Origin: Octopus vulgaris
Lineage: Eukaryota
Direction: 5' to 3'
DNA length: 64,000 bases
Assembly: GCA_951406725.2 (NCBI GenBank)
Contig: OX597823.1
Span: forward strand, 109,740,001 to 109,804,000
Part shown: positions 42,345 through 58,619 of the stretch, one piece after another
Layout: each line of letters opens with the position of its first letter
How positions within the stretch are numbered: the stretch's first letter is position 1
Notes under the pieces: generated by a model
The model's database searches: none
Told to the model about the DNA's origin: nothing
What the model saw: the letters and a program-made list of their open reading frames with translations, nothing else
Made by a program: the position numbers and the translations under genes

Positions 42345-43045
42345 GGATGACTATTTTGGAGATTATCCAATTGTAATATAGACTGCAACAAAGATCTAAA
42401 ATTACTTTGTTAATCTTAAATTAGATTTCAGAATTTAATACAGAAACTTTATGTCTATTTTAGCGCTTCGCACTAAAACAATGGTACTCTAATATTGAAA
42501 GAATCTTCAGAATTCTATTCTCTTTATACAGACGAAGAGTGACATGAAGAGAAGGAATACGAAGAATAATAAAAGAAAATGTTATAAATATTTCGCCAAA
42601 TATCCAAGTAATCAAAAGAAGAATAGACAATATAATAAATGAATAAAGTTAGCAGAAAATTGTAAGAAATTATAGGAATTGGTGAAAAAGCAAGAAAACT
42701 GACAGCTTGGTTACGGAGAAAGCATTTGTAAAAGATTTGCACACTAAGTTGATTAAATGCTAAAAGAAGTGACGAGTTAAGCAAAGATGGAATTTTTTCG
42801 TTAATTCACTACATAAGAGTGGATTTGTTATATTAACATTGGTAAAAAGACTACGATGGGTGGGGATCGATAATTTTTCTTTGATTTATATTTATGCAAT
42901 TTTTTTTGTGATATTCTGAAGTCAGAGAGTAACAAATGAACTTGATAATGTTTACTTATTTATTTCAATATATTTGTATTAGTGTTTGAGACACGCCAGA
43001 TATATGGGATTCTTAATGAATATGTATCCACACACACATACATAA

Positions 43046-43105
<60 letters not shown>

Positions 43106-43878
43106 CGAATATACACTTATAATCACATATATATGTATAAAAGATGATTGTATATATGTATAGAGCACATCTTTTAACAATGGAGTGATTTTTTTCCGGT
43201 TCAGAGTGATGCAGGTGGGACAAATCATTAATTTTCGAGAAATGCAAACAATTTATTAACATGTAAAAGAAATAACGAATAAGAAATTAAGAAGAAAAAA
43301 TATGGCAAGACAAAGACGTAATCAAAAGATAATTATAAAAACAAAATAAATCGGTGAACATCTGCATTTTGCACATTATATTTTTGAGTGGGTAAAAGGT
43401 TGTAAAAACCTTTTTATAATCATTACATTACGAATCATTAAGTAAATGAAAATTTGTCAAAGTTGTGCTTAACAAGCGATGAAATAAAACCTTGTCAGAT
43501 TTCACCTTCTCCATGACAGAATACCGCCTCCAGAAGCCAAGAGAATGTATAAAAATGAAGGGAGATAATTACTTTGTAAAAAAAAATAAAGAAACGAATA
43601 ACTGAATTTACGTGATTGTAAGACAGAGACGTGAAAGGTAATTTCAATAAACATGCTTAAGCACGTGTGCAAGCAGTTGAATACGAGGTAGAAAACCAAG
43701 TCTTACCAATACACAGATTCACTCACATGTATATCCCTATATGTTATATATACGTACATATACATGAATTATTGTCAATAATTAATTACGCTTGTATCGA
43801 GATAGCCATTACATACTCGCACATAAATTTCAACTTGAATGCATCAATGTATGTATGTGTATATATGTGTGAGTGTTT

Positions 43879-45717
<1,839 letters not shown>

Positions 45718-45797
45718 TCTTCTTCTTCTTCTTCTTCTTCTTCTTCTTCTTCTTCTTCTTCTTCTTCTTCTTCTTCTTCTTCTTCTTCTTCTTCGTC

Positions 45798-45879
<82 letters not shown>

Positions 45880-45888
45880 CATCATTAT

Positions 45889-46124
45889 TCAGTAGTTTTA
45901 TTTTTATAGTGTGCTTTCACTTCACTACCGAGCGCAGCTCTGTGTGCCTTGGGTATGTGCTGTGATTCGTTGTGATGCTCTGATGGTTATTGTATGGAAA
46001 GTGTTCTCCGTAGGATGAGTGCAGTGTCTAGTAGTGCAATTTTCTGTATGTTATATGTGTTTGCAAGTCCTGGTGTTTTTGTTATGTATTTGTCAGAATA
46101 TTTTTTTATCATGCCTAATGCACC

Positions 46125-46125
<1 letters not shown>
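45889..46125 (-). mobile_element. R4/Dong-like LINE family A, very short 3' fragment
   Basis: Matches 44015-44250; (TAA)n on both sides. Confidence 0.92.
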
Positions 46126-46186
<61 letters not shown>

Positions 46187-46193
46187 GGTGTTG

Positions 46194-46335
<142 letters not shown>

Positions 46336-46338
46336 CAT

Positions 46339-46853
46339 TGAGTGAGAGCAGTGCATGCCATCAAAGTGACACTGGGATACAAATAAAGGAAGCCCAATAC
46401 AACCATCATGACTACCCATCCAATAAGGGTACACCAATCACATGTATCACATCCACGTGTGCGCAAATAGTGATCTTACATCAATATGAACAGTGCATGA
46501 CATTGCAAGTAGGGCCCAGTTATAAATTTCTTGAAGTTGCTTAGCCGATACCTATGGAAAGGTTTGTTTTACACAATGATGAATGAAACACCCATGCTTC
46601 CAGACGTGAATAATCCAACGAATCCCTCTTAACATGTGGCTAGGAATCTCCACCACTACTTCTGCACGTGATCAGAAATGCACATAAGGAATACGCTCAA
46701 ATGGCTAACGTCAAGCAACTGACGATTAAATCTGTAGTATTGGACAGAATATTTGCTGTAGCTCATCTCATATACCAAGACAAAGATAACACTTCCAATC
46801 AGTTAAGATGAAAAGCCATGAGAGTCAGTGCCTGGTACTGCATCAGGGAATTT
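46339..46853. mobile_element. ~550-bp non-coding interspersed repeat (copy 2)
   Basis: TGAGTGAGAGCAGTGCATGCCATCAAAG...GCCTGGTACTGCATCAGGG; ATT repeats on both sides. Confidence 0.88.
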
Positions 46854-47409
46854 CTTATCATTATTATTACTTTGCTAAAGTTGTCCAACTTACCTTGTGC
46901 ATTTTAACCCTTCAGCCAAACGACCTAGAAACTGCGGGACGATATTGAATGCAATTTACTGATCTTCTATATATTGTCACAGGTCACTGCATTTCAGCTT
47001 CTTACTTTTGACTTTCGAACGTGTGGCTACGCCGCCATTTCTTTTCAGCTCATCGCCAAAATCTCACAGCAACTCAGCACTTTGCGGCCTTAATTATTCA
47101 TTTACTTTTAGAAACGCACGCGCACACTAACGCAGATATTCATGTATGTATATGCAAGTGTATATACATACATACACACATAATTGCATACATATTAGAT
47201 AGCTTCGCACATTGCACTTATCAAACGCCTATCATAAAGCCATGAACTAAAGTATTGACTGTTCAATAACTCTTCTAACTTTCTTCCGATTGAATGTAAT
47301 CCCCATATTTAGAGTTCTATGTCACGTGTTATGTCTGCATATGCATATGTATGTGTATGTGCATATTCATTTGCTCTCTCCCTCTCACACACACATTCAC
47401 ATGCTCACG

Positions 47410-47446
<37 letters not shown>

Positions 47447-48532
47447 GAAGATAATGATCCATCGATGGGCCGCTCCAGAGACGTGTCCGATATGATATAA
47501 ATTTCATATTTTAATGAGACACTCCCCTCATCAGGATGCTTCACAATAGGACACAATGATATTCATTGTATATAAATATGTATGTATATATATATGTATG
47601 TATGTATGTATGCGTATACATACATACATCTGTCTGTGTACGTATTCTCAAAGATGGAGACGCACTAGTTTGTACAGACTTTTATATAAGAAAAAAAAGA
47701 TATTATACAGATATTTGTAACTGAAATTATAACGTTGAAGCTCCAAAAGATGTGATGACAGAATGACGACGAACATAAGCATGTAGTTAAATACGAAAAT
47801 GATTGAAATGGAACTCTCAACATAATAAAAAATAGCAGAGCGAATGGATATAGTGCCTAAGTGCTTAAGCTGAAAATAGATAAAATGGAAAGAATGACCG
47901 TTAATGCTGAAAATAAAATGTGGACCGACAAAGACATTTATAAGTGAAAATTAAACACAACATACAGATTATTAAACAGATTAAATATAATAACGAGATG
48001 TTGATAGATAACAAGTGGTATGCTGCTTTTTAAAAATTTTTATTTATCTATTTTTACTTTTACTTAAAACTAGCTCAGACTTGGTCGAAGAAAACTGATG
48101 ATAGATATCCGAAATTTCGTTATCAATTGGTTAGTGTGTATCTAGGTGGCAATACCATGATTAGAAAATTTCTAATGATATCAATGACGAAAATATACAT
48201 CTGGATATACATGAGTATGTCTCTGTATAAGCCATTACTTAAATGAATAACAATCCCTAAGTATTTTCATTAGGTTTTAAACACAAATTCTTTACTTTTC
48301 AGATACAAACACATCAACACAAGCATATGTGCTAATACATTAGTTAGAAATATACTTGCCTGTACGCATATACATACATACATACATACATAAATACATA
48401 CATACTTATATACATACATACATACATACATACATAAATACATACATACATACATAAATACATACATACATACATACATACATAAATACATACATACATA
48501 CATACATACATATACATACATACATACATACA

Positions 48533-48564
<32 letters not shown>

Positions 48565-50424
48565 GGTGGTTGCTTAGTTTGAGGAAAGAGACAATACTTT
48601 CATTATATAAAATTTTTATTGTGGGCACATAATCTTATACGCACATAATGATTTTAGGTTGAGATATTCTCTGTATTAATATGGATATGAAATATAAAAT
48701 ATGGAAGAAAATGGATCCGATCAGCATCTAAATCCTAGCTGAGAACTCGGATCATTTGACAGAATATTCCGTACATACCAAAGTGCAACGTTGAACAGGA
48801 TGTTAAGTCTATAATGTTATCTTAAATTCTTGCATAGAAACAACGGCATAATTCTGTAGAAGATGGAATACTTATTGATACAGACCTAGGTATCTTAATG
48901 GCACGTATTTCAGGAAACTTGGAAATATGAAAACAATTCACATCTTCCTGGAATTCGAACGCAGAATGGAAAGAGAAATATTAGGTAACGTATTTGGAGA
49001 TTAACTATGTAAGTATACAAGGAGTGATCAAAGTTTGAATGCTTTGATCATATGCATACACGATTAAGACTGACCTAGTGCTAAATAAAAACAACTGTAA
49101 AAAAGGATCTATAAGAAAAACATCCAGTTAAATGAAACAAAAAAAAATAATAATAACTAAAAAACATTTCACACAAACATGTTTTGAAAACATCAAAACA
49201 TTTAGTGCAGAGGTTCACTTCACAAATATAACATGGTGCGCCGGTATAATATTTTCTTTTTCTTTTCTTTTTTTTCCTATTTCTTGATGATAAAAGGATT
49301 CTATAAGAAATATTAGGGATAGAGAGGGCAAGGGACAGATGAAACAAAACACATTTTTTAGAATGCTTCGTGAATAACAGTACATGACACACACACGCGT
49401 ACACACACGAGCATACACATATGTATATACTTACATATATGGTGTGTTAATGCGTATGTTAGTATATGCGCATAGGGTACAGTTGGAGAACATGTCCGTG
49501 GAAAAAAAGTGAAAAAAAAAAATGATTATGCTCAATGAAGATAGAGCGAACCATTAAATGGATACATAAATATAGTACACAATGATACAGAAGCGATGAG
49601 ATAAAATGAATTAAAGTGAGATATATTAAGGGAATCTACAAAATATAACAATGAATATTGTGAAAAATAGTATAGAAATAACTAAATTATGGTGGGACAA
49701 AAAGAGAACAGAAAAATATGTCTTAAAAATAACATGAAATAAATACAAAGTATGAAGTAAGAAAAAATGTTTTATTATGGAAAAAAAATGTTTTTTATGG
49801 AAAAAAAAGTATTTTATACAAAGTCCTAAATACTGAAATAAAAACTGAAAAACACAACAACATTACCGTGAGTAACGCTATTGAAAATATAAATAAGTCT
49901 GACATGTATGGTAATAATGATGTTTCATTATGGTTACAATTATAATAATATTAATTTATTTCATTCACTTGGTAGGATACCATTGAGTATGGCACTAATG
50001 AAAATAGTTAATAACTTAAGTCTAATTTAGGATCTAGGCTAGCAATATTGACATGGAGTGGTTAGTGAATTAAATAGACCTAATACGAGAGGGAAAAAAA
50101 ATGTCAAAGCTGACTTCAGTGAATTTGAACCCAGAAGCTAATGATTCGAAAAAGTAGCACCCGAGTATTTTCCCAACACTCTAAAGCAGAGGTTCTCAGC
50201 CAATTTTTCTCTATGACAAGACAAGGAAGTTTGAAGTGAACTGCGGGACATCCTTGCATTCAGTAGTTTATATGTAGAATATATCATGGTCTCCGAAATG
50301 AGGGATGGAAAATTTGAACTCACAATGCCAAGAGCTGTAGGAAAATACCGGAGGGTTCTAACAATTCTTCCATACCAACACAGTCAGTAGCAACACCAGC
50401 ACTAGTTGTATCAAAATTATTTGT

Positions 50425-50820
50425 AAGGCAGCGACCTAACAAAATCATTTGCGCACCGAAGAAATTAAAACACTTCACGAAGTTCGACTTTGTCTTTCAT
50501 CCTCTCGGGGTAGGTAAAATAATGGTTTTACAAATATTGGAGTCCATGAAAGCGAGTAGACATCCCCTTAAATTTCAGTCCTTGTGCCTATAGTAGGAAG
50601 TATTCTTATTATCAATAATTAGGCGACGAGCTGGCAGAATGGTTAGGAGGCCGGGAAAATTGCTTAGCTGCATTTCGTTCATCTTACGTTATGAGTTCAA
50701 ATTCCACCGATGTGGATTTTGCCATTCATCATTTTGGGATCAATGAAATAATACCACTGGGATCGATAGAATCGAGTTACCCCTCATCCCGAAGTTGCTG
50801 GCCTTGCTCCAAAATTTGAA
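50425..50820 (+). mobile_element. Two diverged family 2-related SINE copies in tandem
   Basis: GGCGACGAGCTGGCAGAA head at ~50622; CTTTCATCCTCTCGGGG and CATTCATCATTTTGGG cores. Confidence 0.7.
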
Positions 50821-50843
50821 ACTATTATTATTATTACTATTAT

Positions 50844-51393
50844 TGAGCGAGAGAGCAGTGCATGCCATCAAAGTAACACTGGGGTAAAATATACGAAGCC
50901 CAGTTTACATATCATGACTACTCGTCTGAAAAGGGTACACCAGGCACATGCATCACAACCATATGTGCGCGACATGGTGAACTCTTATCAAGATTTACAG
51001 CTTATGACCTTGCAGGTGGGGCCTAGTTAGAATTTTCTGTTGGTTAAGTAGCCCATCCCGTTCAAAAGGTCCCTGAATAAGGGTTGTTTATGTATATTGA
51101 ACGAAACACCAATGTTTCCAAAGGTGAAATATCCAAATCCCAAAGAATTCCTCTCAGCACATGGCTATGATGCTCCCCCACTACTTCTGCATGTGATTAG
51201 AGATGTACGTGTGGTCAGCCACTAGTAGACATGCTCAATTGGCTACGATCAAACAACTGACAAGCAAACCTGTGGTATTGATCAGAATATTTGCTGTAAC
51301 CCATCTTATATACCAAGACAAATTAATGTAGATGATAACAATAACAACCAGTTAACATCAGAAGCCATGAGAGCCCCTGCCTAGTACTGCATC
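50844..51393. mobile_element. ~550-bp non-coding interspersed repeat (copy 3)
   Basis: Colinear with copies 1 and 2; (ATT)n on the left, (ATC)n(ATT)n on the right. Confidence 0.88.
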
Positions 51394-51394
51394 T

Positions 51395-51429
<35 letters not shown>

Positions 51430-51446
51430 TATTATTATTATTATAA

Positions 51447-54127
51447 TTTTTACCTTTGCACAGCTTCTAACGCTGGAGATGTACTGCAGTGTCAGCTGTT
51501 TCCTACCAGTGAACTAAGGTAACACCTCTTATTCTTCGAGCACCTTCCGGAGTATTCGGGCGGTTCAAGCAGTGCTGTGTTCTGCAAGCGCTCCACCCTT
51601 ATTGCAGCCCTATTTGTTCCACGTACTTCTCGAGAATTTTGCTCCCTGTTCCCAGAGATTCGACAATTATTGGTACTACTGCTACCTGTTTCTTCGACCA
51701 CAACTGCTTAACATCCCTAGCTAACCTGTCATATTTCTCGATTTTCTTTCTTCCTTATCACATACCTTGTTGTCAGCTAGGTATTCTATATCTCTGATCC
51801 AGCACAGTTTGTTTTCTTCCTCAATTATGACTATCTCTGGCTTCCTATTCTCTAACTCATGGTCGCAATGAATCATAAAATCCCATAGGAGCTTTGCATT
51901 TTTATTTTCATCGATGCATTCGGGTTTGAGGTCGTACACATTTTTTGCTCTGTCAAGTACCCATTTGTTGCAAAGTGTCCAATGGACAAGCCTAGTTATA
52001 TTGGTATGGCATCTCATATATTCCTTCTGAGCTAGTGGCGTACATTGGCTGGTAATATGCCATGCGGTTTCACCATTTTGTCCATACATTTGATTTTGCC
52101 TCTCTTCAAATCTAACAGACTACACTTTCTCAGTCCGAACTCCATTCTGATATCAGCACTGAAGGTATACACCATATCAACGAGGGAATTGACTTGGGTT
52201 TCATCTTTACGATAAAGTTTGAGGTCCTACATGAATAACAAATGGTCGACTTTTTGTTGGTGGCTTTTGAATACACACCCATCTTTTGCTTTCCTTAGAA
52301 TCAGTGTTAATAGAATCAAACACAATACAAAGATTAGTTAGGACAGGCTGTTCTCTTGGAAGATACTCCTCCTAATTTCTACTGTCCCTAAACTTCTTCC
52401 GTATGCTGTCTAGTCCGTCCTCCTATTCACCATACTTTTTACAAGAAATCACTCAACATTTAACGCAATACCAAAAAGGTTCATACATTCCATAAATCAA
52501 GAATGTGGGATCATATCGTACACCTTACCATAGTCGATCCATGACATGGCTAAGTTACTTTTGCTTCTCTTGCAGCCTCTCAGTACAGTTTTGTCTATCA
52601 GGAGTTGATCCTTGGTACCTCTGCACTTGCCACCCATCTGTTCAATGTTTTCCAGATGTTTGTTACTACATTGACTCTGCGAGTATTTCAATCAATAAAT
52701 TCCACATAACTGACAAACAGGATTTCGGCCTGTAATTGTCTACCGTATTGCTTTTATCGATGATTTTCAAGCAGAGCTCTTTCCTAACCAATGTCAACCA
52801 GTCCGGTGTTACTTGGTCGGCATTTAACAAGGTGTTGAGTTGCGTAGCTATTCGTGCTTGACATTCACCAAATCTTTTAATCCAGAAGTCTTGAATTCCA
52901 TCTGGTCCCGGGGCTTACCAAATGCTCATTTCAAAACCTTTGACTTTCATTGTTATCTGGTATCAGCTTTTCGTTTGTACACTCTCCATTTATTTCTTCA
53001 TAGAATCTCTTCTGATCTACTCTGAATAACCTATTCTGGCGGTAAGCCTTCGCTTTTTTTTGTCGTATCTTACCATCTTTGCTTTCTTTGCAACGAGGTG
53101 CTTTTTCAGTTCCCTCATCAATACTTTCAGGCCCTTTCTTTCAATATTATACTTCCATTTTAGCGCCCTGTGTTTTTGTTCACTTTTAAGCCCCACTTTC
53201 TCTTTTCGGTCTAACACAGAGATTTCCTTCGGGCGCATGTCTAACCCTGCCTGGATTCTTCTTTTCCACCATGGATCTTTTCTTTTGTCACTCCCATTGT
53301 GTTTCTTTTTTTCTTTTGACATTAACACCCACATTTTCTGCTACAACGATACATGCCACTTGATAAAATTATTTGTTCCTATGATGTTTGTTTGAGGAAT
53401 TTCAGAATTTCATTGACATTTTTCGTTTCTTGGTTCAACTTCCCTCAATCAACTTAATAATGCCGCTATCGTTGTCCTGTAGTCTTGCCTTTATTCTGTC
53501 GTAGATAGCTATTAGTTTTATTGTCTTCTTTTAGATCATCTATATGTCTCTCATCAAGTAAACTTCCACTGCTCCTTTCCTGTACTATGAGATTACTGCC
53601 ACTAATAAGAACTCTATTTTCATCGTTATCTCTGCTGCTATCTTCCAAGACCCGTTTCTTGATAGCTTCGTGCTCTATTTCTGTGAACCAACAATTTTTT
53701 CCTAGCGTGATCACGTAGTCTCTGTTCCGTGAGTTGAAACAATCCCTTTTCCCTCCAATGATCATACATATGTTGTCGGTAACCCATAATTTGTGTACCC
53801 TTTTCTTCTACCGGGCTGCTCAACAACTAACACTCCATGACCACAGCATTAATTTACTTGCTCCATCTGCGCCGTGTGTGGTGGTCACCTTCTGGATATC
53901 GACAGACTGAAGCCTGACCAGAATCTCTGAGCTTGCCGGGTGGAACACTGTCACTATCATTGCCTTCAGTTTCATTACCACCGTTATTGATAATATTTTG
54001 TTTTGTCATTGTCACTCATATGAGGTAACGATTATCAGGTTGTGCAATTACCAGTGTTTTTATTGTGACACCATCACTAGATGTATCATTAATTAGTCCA
54101 TGAGGAGGCTCCACCCGTTTCCTTTCA
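51447..54127 (-). mobile_element. R4/Dong-like LINE family B, decayed, retains both ends with internal deletions
   Basis: N-terminal GYRQHM..HW...[50 protein letters not shown], then a jump at ~52090-52140 to GETAWHITSQC, WDFMI..D...NRKPEIV, LQNTALL; probable ATG near 54019; ATT-type repeats on both flanks. Confidence 0.9.
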
Positions 54128-54799
54128 TTATCATTATTAAGATCATCACTGATATAATTGTTTTCGGGTGTAGTAGCAGCAGTGATTGCAGCAACAGCAA
54201 AAGTAGCAAGGGTAGGAGTAATAGTAAGGGTAGTAGTTTTGCCTCAGATTCCTGTGCTATCATAATAGTAGTATTTGTAGTATTAGCAGCTGCAACCTAT
54301 TATTATTTTGATTTTTATCAATATCGCCATCACCATTGCTATTATCATTATTACTATTTCCATTTATTAGTAAAAGATTTTACTAAATGTTCTTTATTTT
54401 CAAATTTTGTCTTGTTCATGAGATAATCATTAAATATGTTGTTGAAGGAAATAGTTGGATAACATTTTGGTGAATAGATAATATTCTACAGGTCTAAAAA
54501 TAAATTCGGCAGATGGTAGGGAAGTTAGCCATAGAGATAAAAGAATCCTCGCTACCTTTGGGTCAGCAGAGGTCAAATGTGTTTACTACTACCAGTGACC
54601 ACTGAGAGCACTTTCTATAACCAATATCATGGTTTTTTTTACCTCATTGATATATTTTCCGCTGTTACCAGCATTTCATCCTCTGTCTTAACCCCAAGCC
54701 AATTCTCCTCACGGACCATCAGATTGTGATTGTTATCTTATCCATCTCATATGTTGATAAATAAACTGTAAATAAAGTGTAAAATAATTTGAAGTAACG

Positions 54800-56950
54800 T
54801 TTTCAAACGTACCTCTTGACGTAAGCCATGCTTCCAAGATTACCCTAAGCCATGCGTGTTTACACTACTTCATCTGCGCAAGGTCAGGTTCGACAGAAGG
54901 AAATACGTGAGAAAGCCCACTTACAATATTTTCATTTACGGATATATATTTCGTCCCTAAGAGTGGCTCTGGATGTTTCCAGAAGCAGATATTTGTAGCT
55001 CTTTTACTAACGTTTACTTTGAAGTCTCGTACTGCATCGGAGTATCTGTATTTATGGTATCGTATATATTTTGAGTGGTTTGAATGGTTTCTTTAAATGT
55101 TTTGATTGTTAGTATGATGGAATCATAATTATTCTCTGCGATGTTTTTATATGTTGTTGTACGTGTTTCACTAACTTCTTTTTTGTATTTATGGTAGTGT
55201 AATTAAATTTCTTATCGATGGCCTTGGTTTGTGCGTGTATAATGGGTTTTACTGGTGTTTGTGATTGTCAATGTCTCTGTAGTAGAGGCAATTGTGATGG
55301 TGGTGTAGGTGTCGAGGGTGATGGTGTTGGTAGTATTGACTTTGGTGATTTTGGAGATGAGGCTGGTGAATCATTGCTGAAAGATGTTTCTTCCCCACCC
55401 TGGGTGCCATCCAGCCTTTTCCTTGGCGTTACGTTTTCTTTTTCCGTTTTTGTTGTTACTTTTTGCCACTTACATTCTTCCCTGTCACCTTTACCACGTG
55501 AGACATCTCAGTGATCCAAAGTGTGTGTGGGGGGGGTGCATGCCTTCATTTTCATTGTTTTACTGCTTTCATGCTTTTGCTTGTGGACATTCATTTGTTA
55601 CTTTTGGAGGTGGTGGTCATGTGGTGGCTTTTCAGGGCGATGTTTTTCGTTCCTTTTGTTGCTGAAGATTCTGCAGCTGATGTTCAAGATTTTTTGTGGT
55701 TCCTGTTACTGATGTTTTTGTATCTGTTTGTTTTATTGTTGTTGTTGATGCCGTAGTTGACGTCACGACAAGACTGTGCCATTGGTACTGCTGCTCTTTA
55801 TGACGAAGCTGTTATTTCTGCTGTTGACAGAAGAGTCGATCTTTCTTTTATCCCCCTTTTATTGTGAACAGAAAGCTCTGAGATGGTTTGTGTTACCACA
55901 TTAGTGACGACTTGGTTTAATTCCCACAACGATCACGTACAGTCTTGTTCCGACTGGCAGATTCATCGGGTCTAGGAAAGATTCCATACGTGTTTGTCCT
56001 GCTGCATTGATAGTCCTACTCTTGGCCCGATCAGTTTCGTTTCTGTAGATTCTGAATCTGCAGAACATGGATGTTTCTTTTCATATAAACGAGGCTCACT
56101 TTCACCCGCAACCTGATATTTCCCTCAGTCGGGGCGGGAGCCCATCAACAATCTTTATTCTTCAAACTGTACGACTAGGGTAGATTACCATAAGGTCCGA
56201 TTCTTCATTTGTTAGTCTTGTTTTGGAGTAATTCCTACCATCTTACTCTTTCCGGAATTTCAAGTCCACTGTGTTGTAGTTTTCCTTCTAGCGATTTACA
56301 TTTTGGCGTCCCATGTTATTTCTGAGACTATTTTCCGTTTGGTGATGCGTCGCTTCTTCTATTCCTCCCCCACCCCTTTTATTTTTATTACTTTATAAGT
56401 TACAGTTTCCTGACTGATTTCTTTATGGATTCTTGAATTGTTAATTCCACCTTTCGGCTGGAAATTGTAAAGAGGGGTGTAACATATTGTAATTCTTAAG
56501 ACATTAATTTAATTACTTCCTTTTCTCACATGACGTCGACACGATGTAGTGTCTAATAATTGTGTTGTCTGGATTTTCAATTGTGTGATCTTTGACAATG
56601 GTGGCGACAGCGGAGAACGAATCCTCAGGTGTTTTGAATTGATAATATAGTGTTTGTTGTTTCTACTTTTCATGCTCATTGTTGTTGTTGCTAATTCGCT
56701 GGACACAAGTACTGGCAGTGGTAGTCGCAGTAGTGTTGCTTTCCCTTGTCTCCTCATTTGTGTGGCATTCATCGCAGTTGTTTTTGTTAGTATTGATATT
56801 GCTGCTCATGCCTTTTCTCGTGATAGGGAGTAATGGAGAATAAATATTGTAGTGACTGTTACAACTCACAACTGAGCCCAATATTTCCGAATTCATATTT
56901 TCTTGAAGAAACACGCAACTCTGCTAGTAAAATCTACCAAAATACGCCCC
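54800..56950 (-). mobile_element. Decayed long coding-like sequence, probably a retroelement ORF1/gag-like fossil
   Basis: About 2 kb with no microsatellites, A-rich minus strand, short protein-like frames with stops; IVDGLPP...CGE...KKHPC near 56150-56065 resembles a decayed zinc knuckle followed by a T/K/P-rich tail. Confidence 0.4.
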
Positions 56951-57105
56951 GAAGGAGAAAAAATTACACAAGTGTAGTTAGCCCGAGAGAATGATGGTTA
57001 GCTTACTGAAGAAATAGTTCTACTAAAAGAGAATTGCTTCTTTCAAACAACCAAATTCAATAACAGTTTACGAGTTCCGAATCGATGTCACTTACTCGGA
57101 AACAC

Positions 57106-57176
<71 letters not shown>

Positions 57177-57183
57177 TAATAAT

Positions 57184-57244
<61 letters not shown>

Positions 57245-57865
57245 GCGAAAATATAATATTGGTATTAAAGAACATGTTAATATTTATAACCTAACGAGGA
57301 AATTTTGCCTGCGTGAAAATGAATTGGAAATAACTGAAATAATTATAAGACGGAAAGTAAACCAAAAACTTTATGAATAATGAGGAAAGTTAGTTAGAAT
57401 ATAGACACTGATACAAATACACGGGCATATACACTCGTAAAAACATATACACACACACTCACACACATATGTAATACAAATACATCTATCTGTCCGTGTT
57501 TGTGTTCATTGATATGTGTGTTAGTGTGTGCACAATGTAAATGTGCGTACTTATTAGACAAAGATTGTCTACATTTTGAATAATGTATGATGGTTATTTT
57601 AGAAATGAATGAGAAAGTTTCTTTACAAAAGAAATATTGCCACACTGGAAAATATAAAATAAAAAAAAAGTAAGCAATTAAAACGAATATTAATATGAAA
57701 ATAAAAAGTCTATAAAAATGAAGTAATAATGTATAAAAAAAAATACAATGACCACCTGAAAACAATGATAGAACCATGAAAAAGAATATACTCTCAGATA
57801 CATATGGATATGAGCGTGTATTTGCGTGTGTTTATATATGCAACAACAAATGTAGGAATGTTTAT

Positions 57866-57928
<63 letters not shown>

Positions 57929-57948
57929 AAATTTATATATATATGCTA

Positions 57949-57982
<34 letters not shown>

Positions 57983-58619
57983 AATATATAATACTCGTAC
58001 CTCACATATATGTATGCATTTGTATATATGTTTGTGTGCGTTGGTTTGTGTGTGCTCGCGTGCGTATGTACGTGTGTGTGAGTGTGTGTGTGTGTGTGTG
58101 CGTGTGTTTACTTATGTGTTGTAGTTCTGGGAACTAAAACTATTATGAATATATATATACAGTTTTGCTATTTTTGCAAATAAATTTGGCACGTAAGAGT
58201 AAACGTGTTAGCTGCAAGCTAGACGAGAATACGTTCAAATAAAACACCAGAAATATATCGCAATAACTTTGAGGACAATAATACCTACCATAATTTTTAA
58301 AACTTTGCTTCATAGATTTTTTTATGTTCATATTATCTGTTCATATTTTATAATCTTCCGTTCATTTTCTTTTTATTTCTCGTTTATTTTAAGCAATGGA
58401 TTATACTAGTTATTATATTGCGTAAGAAGAGTTAGTAACAAAATTAATATACACTTTCAAAGGATTAGAATGAGTCCAAGCTAATCTAATCTCCTGGTGA
58501 CGTGAAAACGTTTATAAACTCAATGATTGATCTGCTCAGGGAAGACAGAGTCTGTAATGCTAATGGAATTAATCGTGATTTACATAGAATGTAGGCAGGA
58601 TTGTGTGAGTTAGAGTACC

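Noticed and set aside
45718-45885. Poly-I/poly-R N-terminus of the 349-aa ORF
   Set aside because: Read-through of flanking (TAA)n/(AGA)n; LINE homology starts at ~45717
49170-49310. Minus-strand YTGAPCYICEVNLCTKCFDVF as a piggyBac cysteine-rich tail or a terminal exon after a pyrimidine-rich acceptor
   Set aside because: Short motif only; no transposase core, TIR/TTAA or partner exon found
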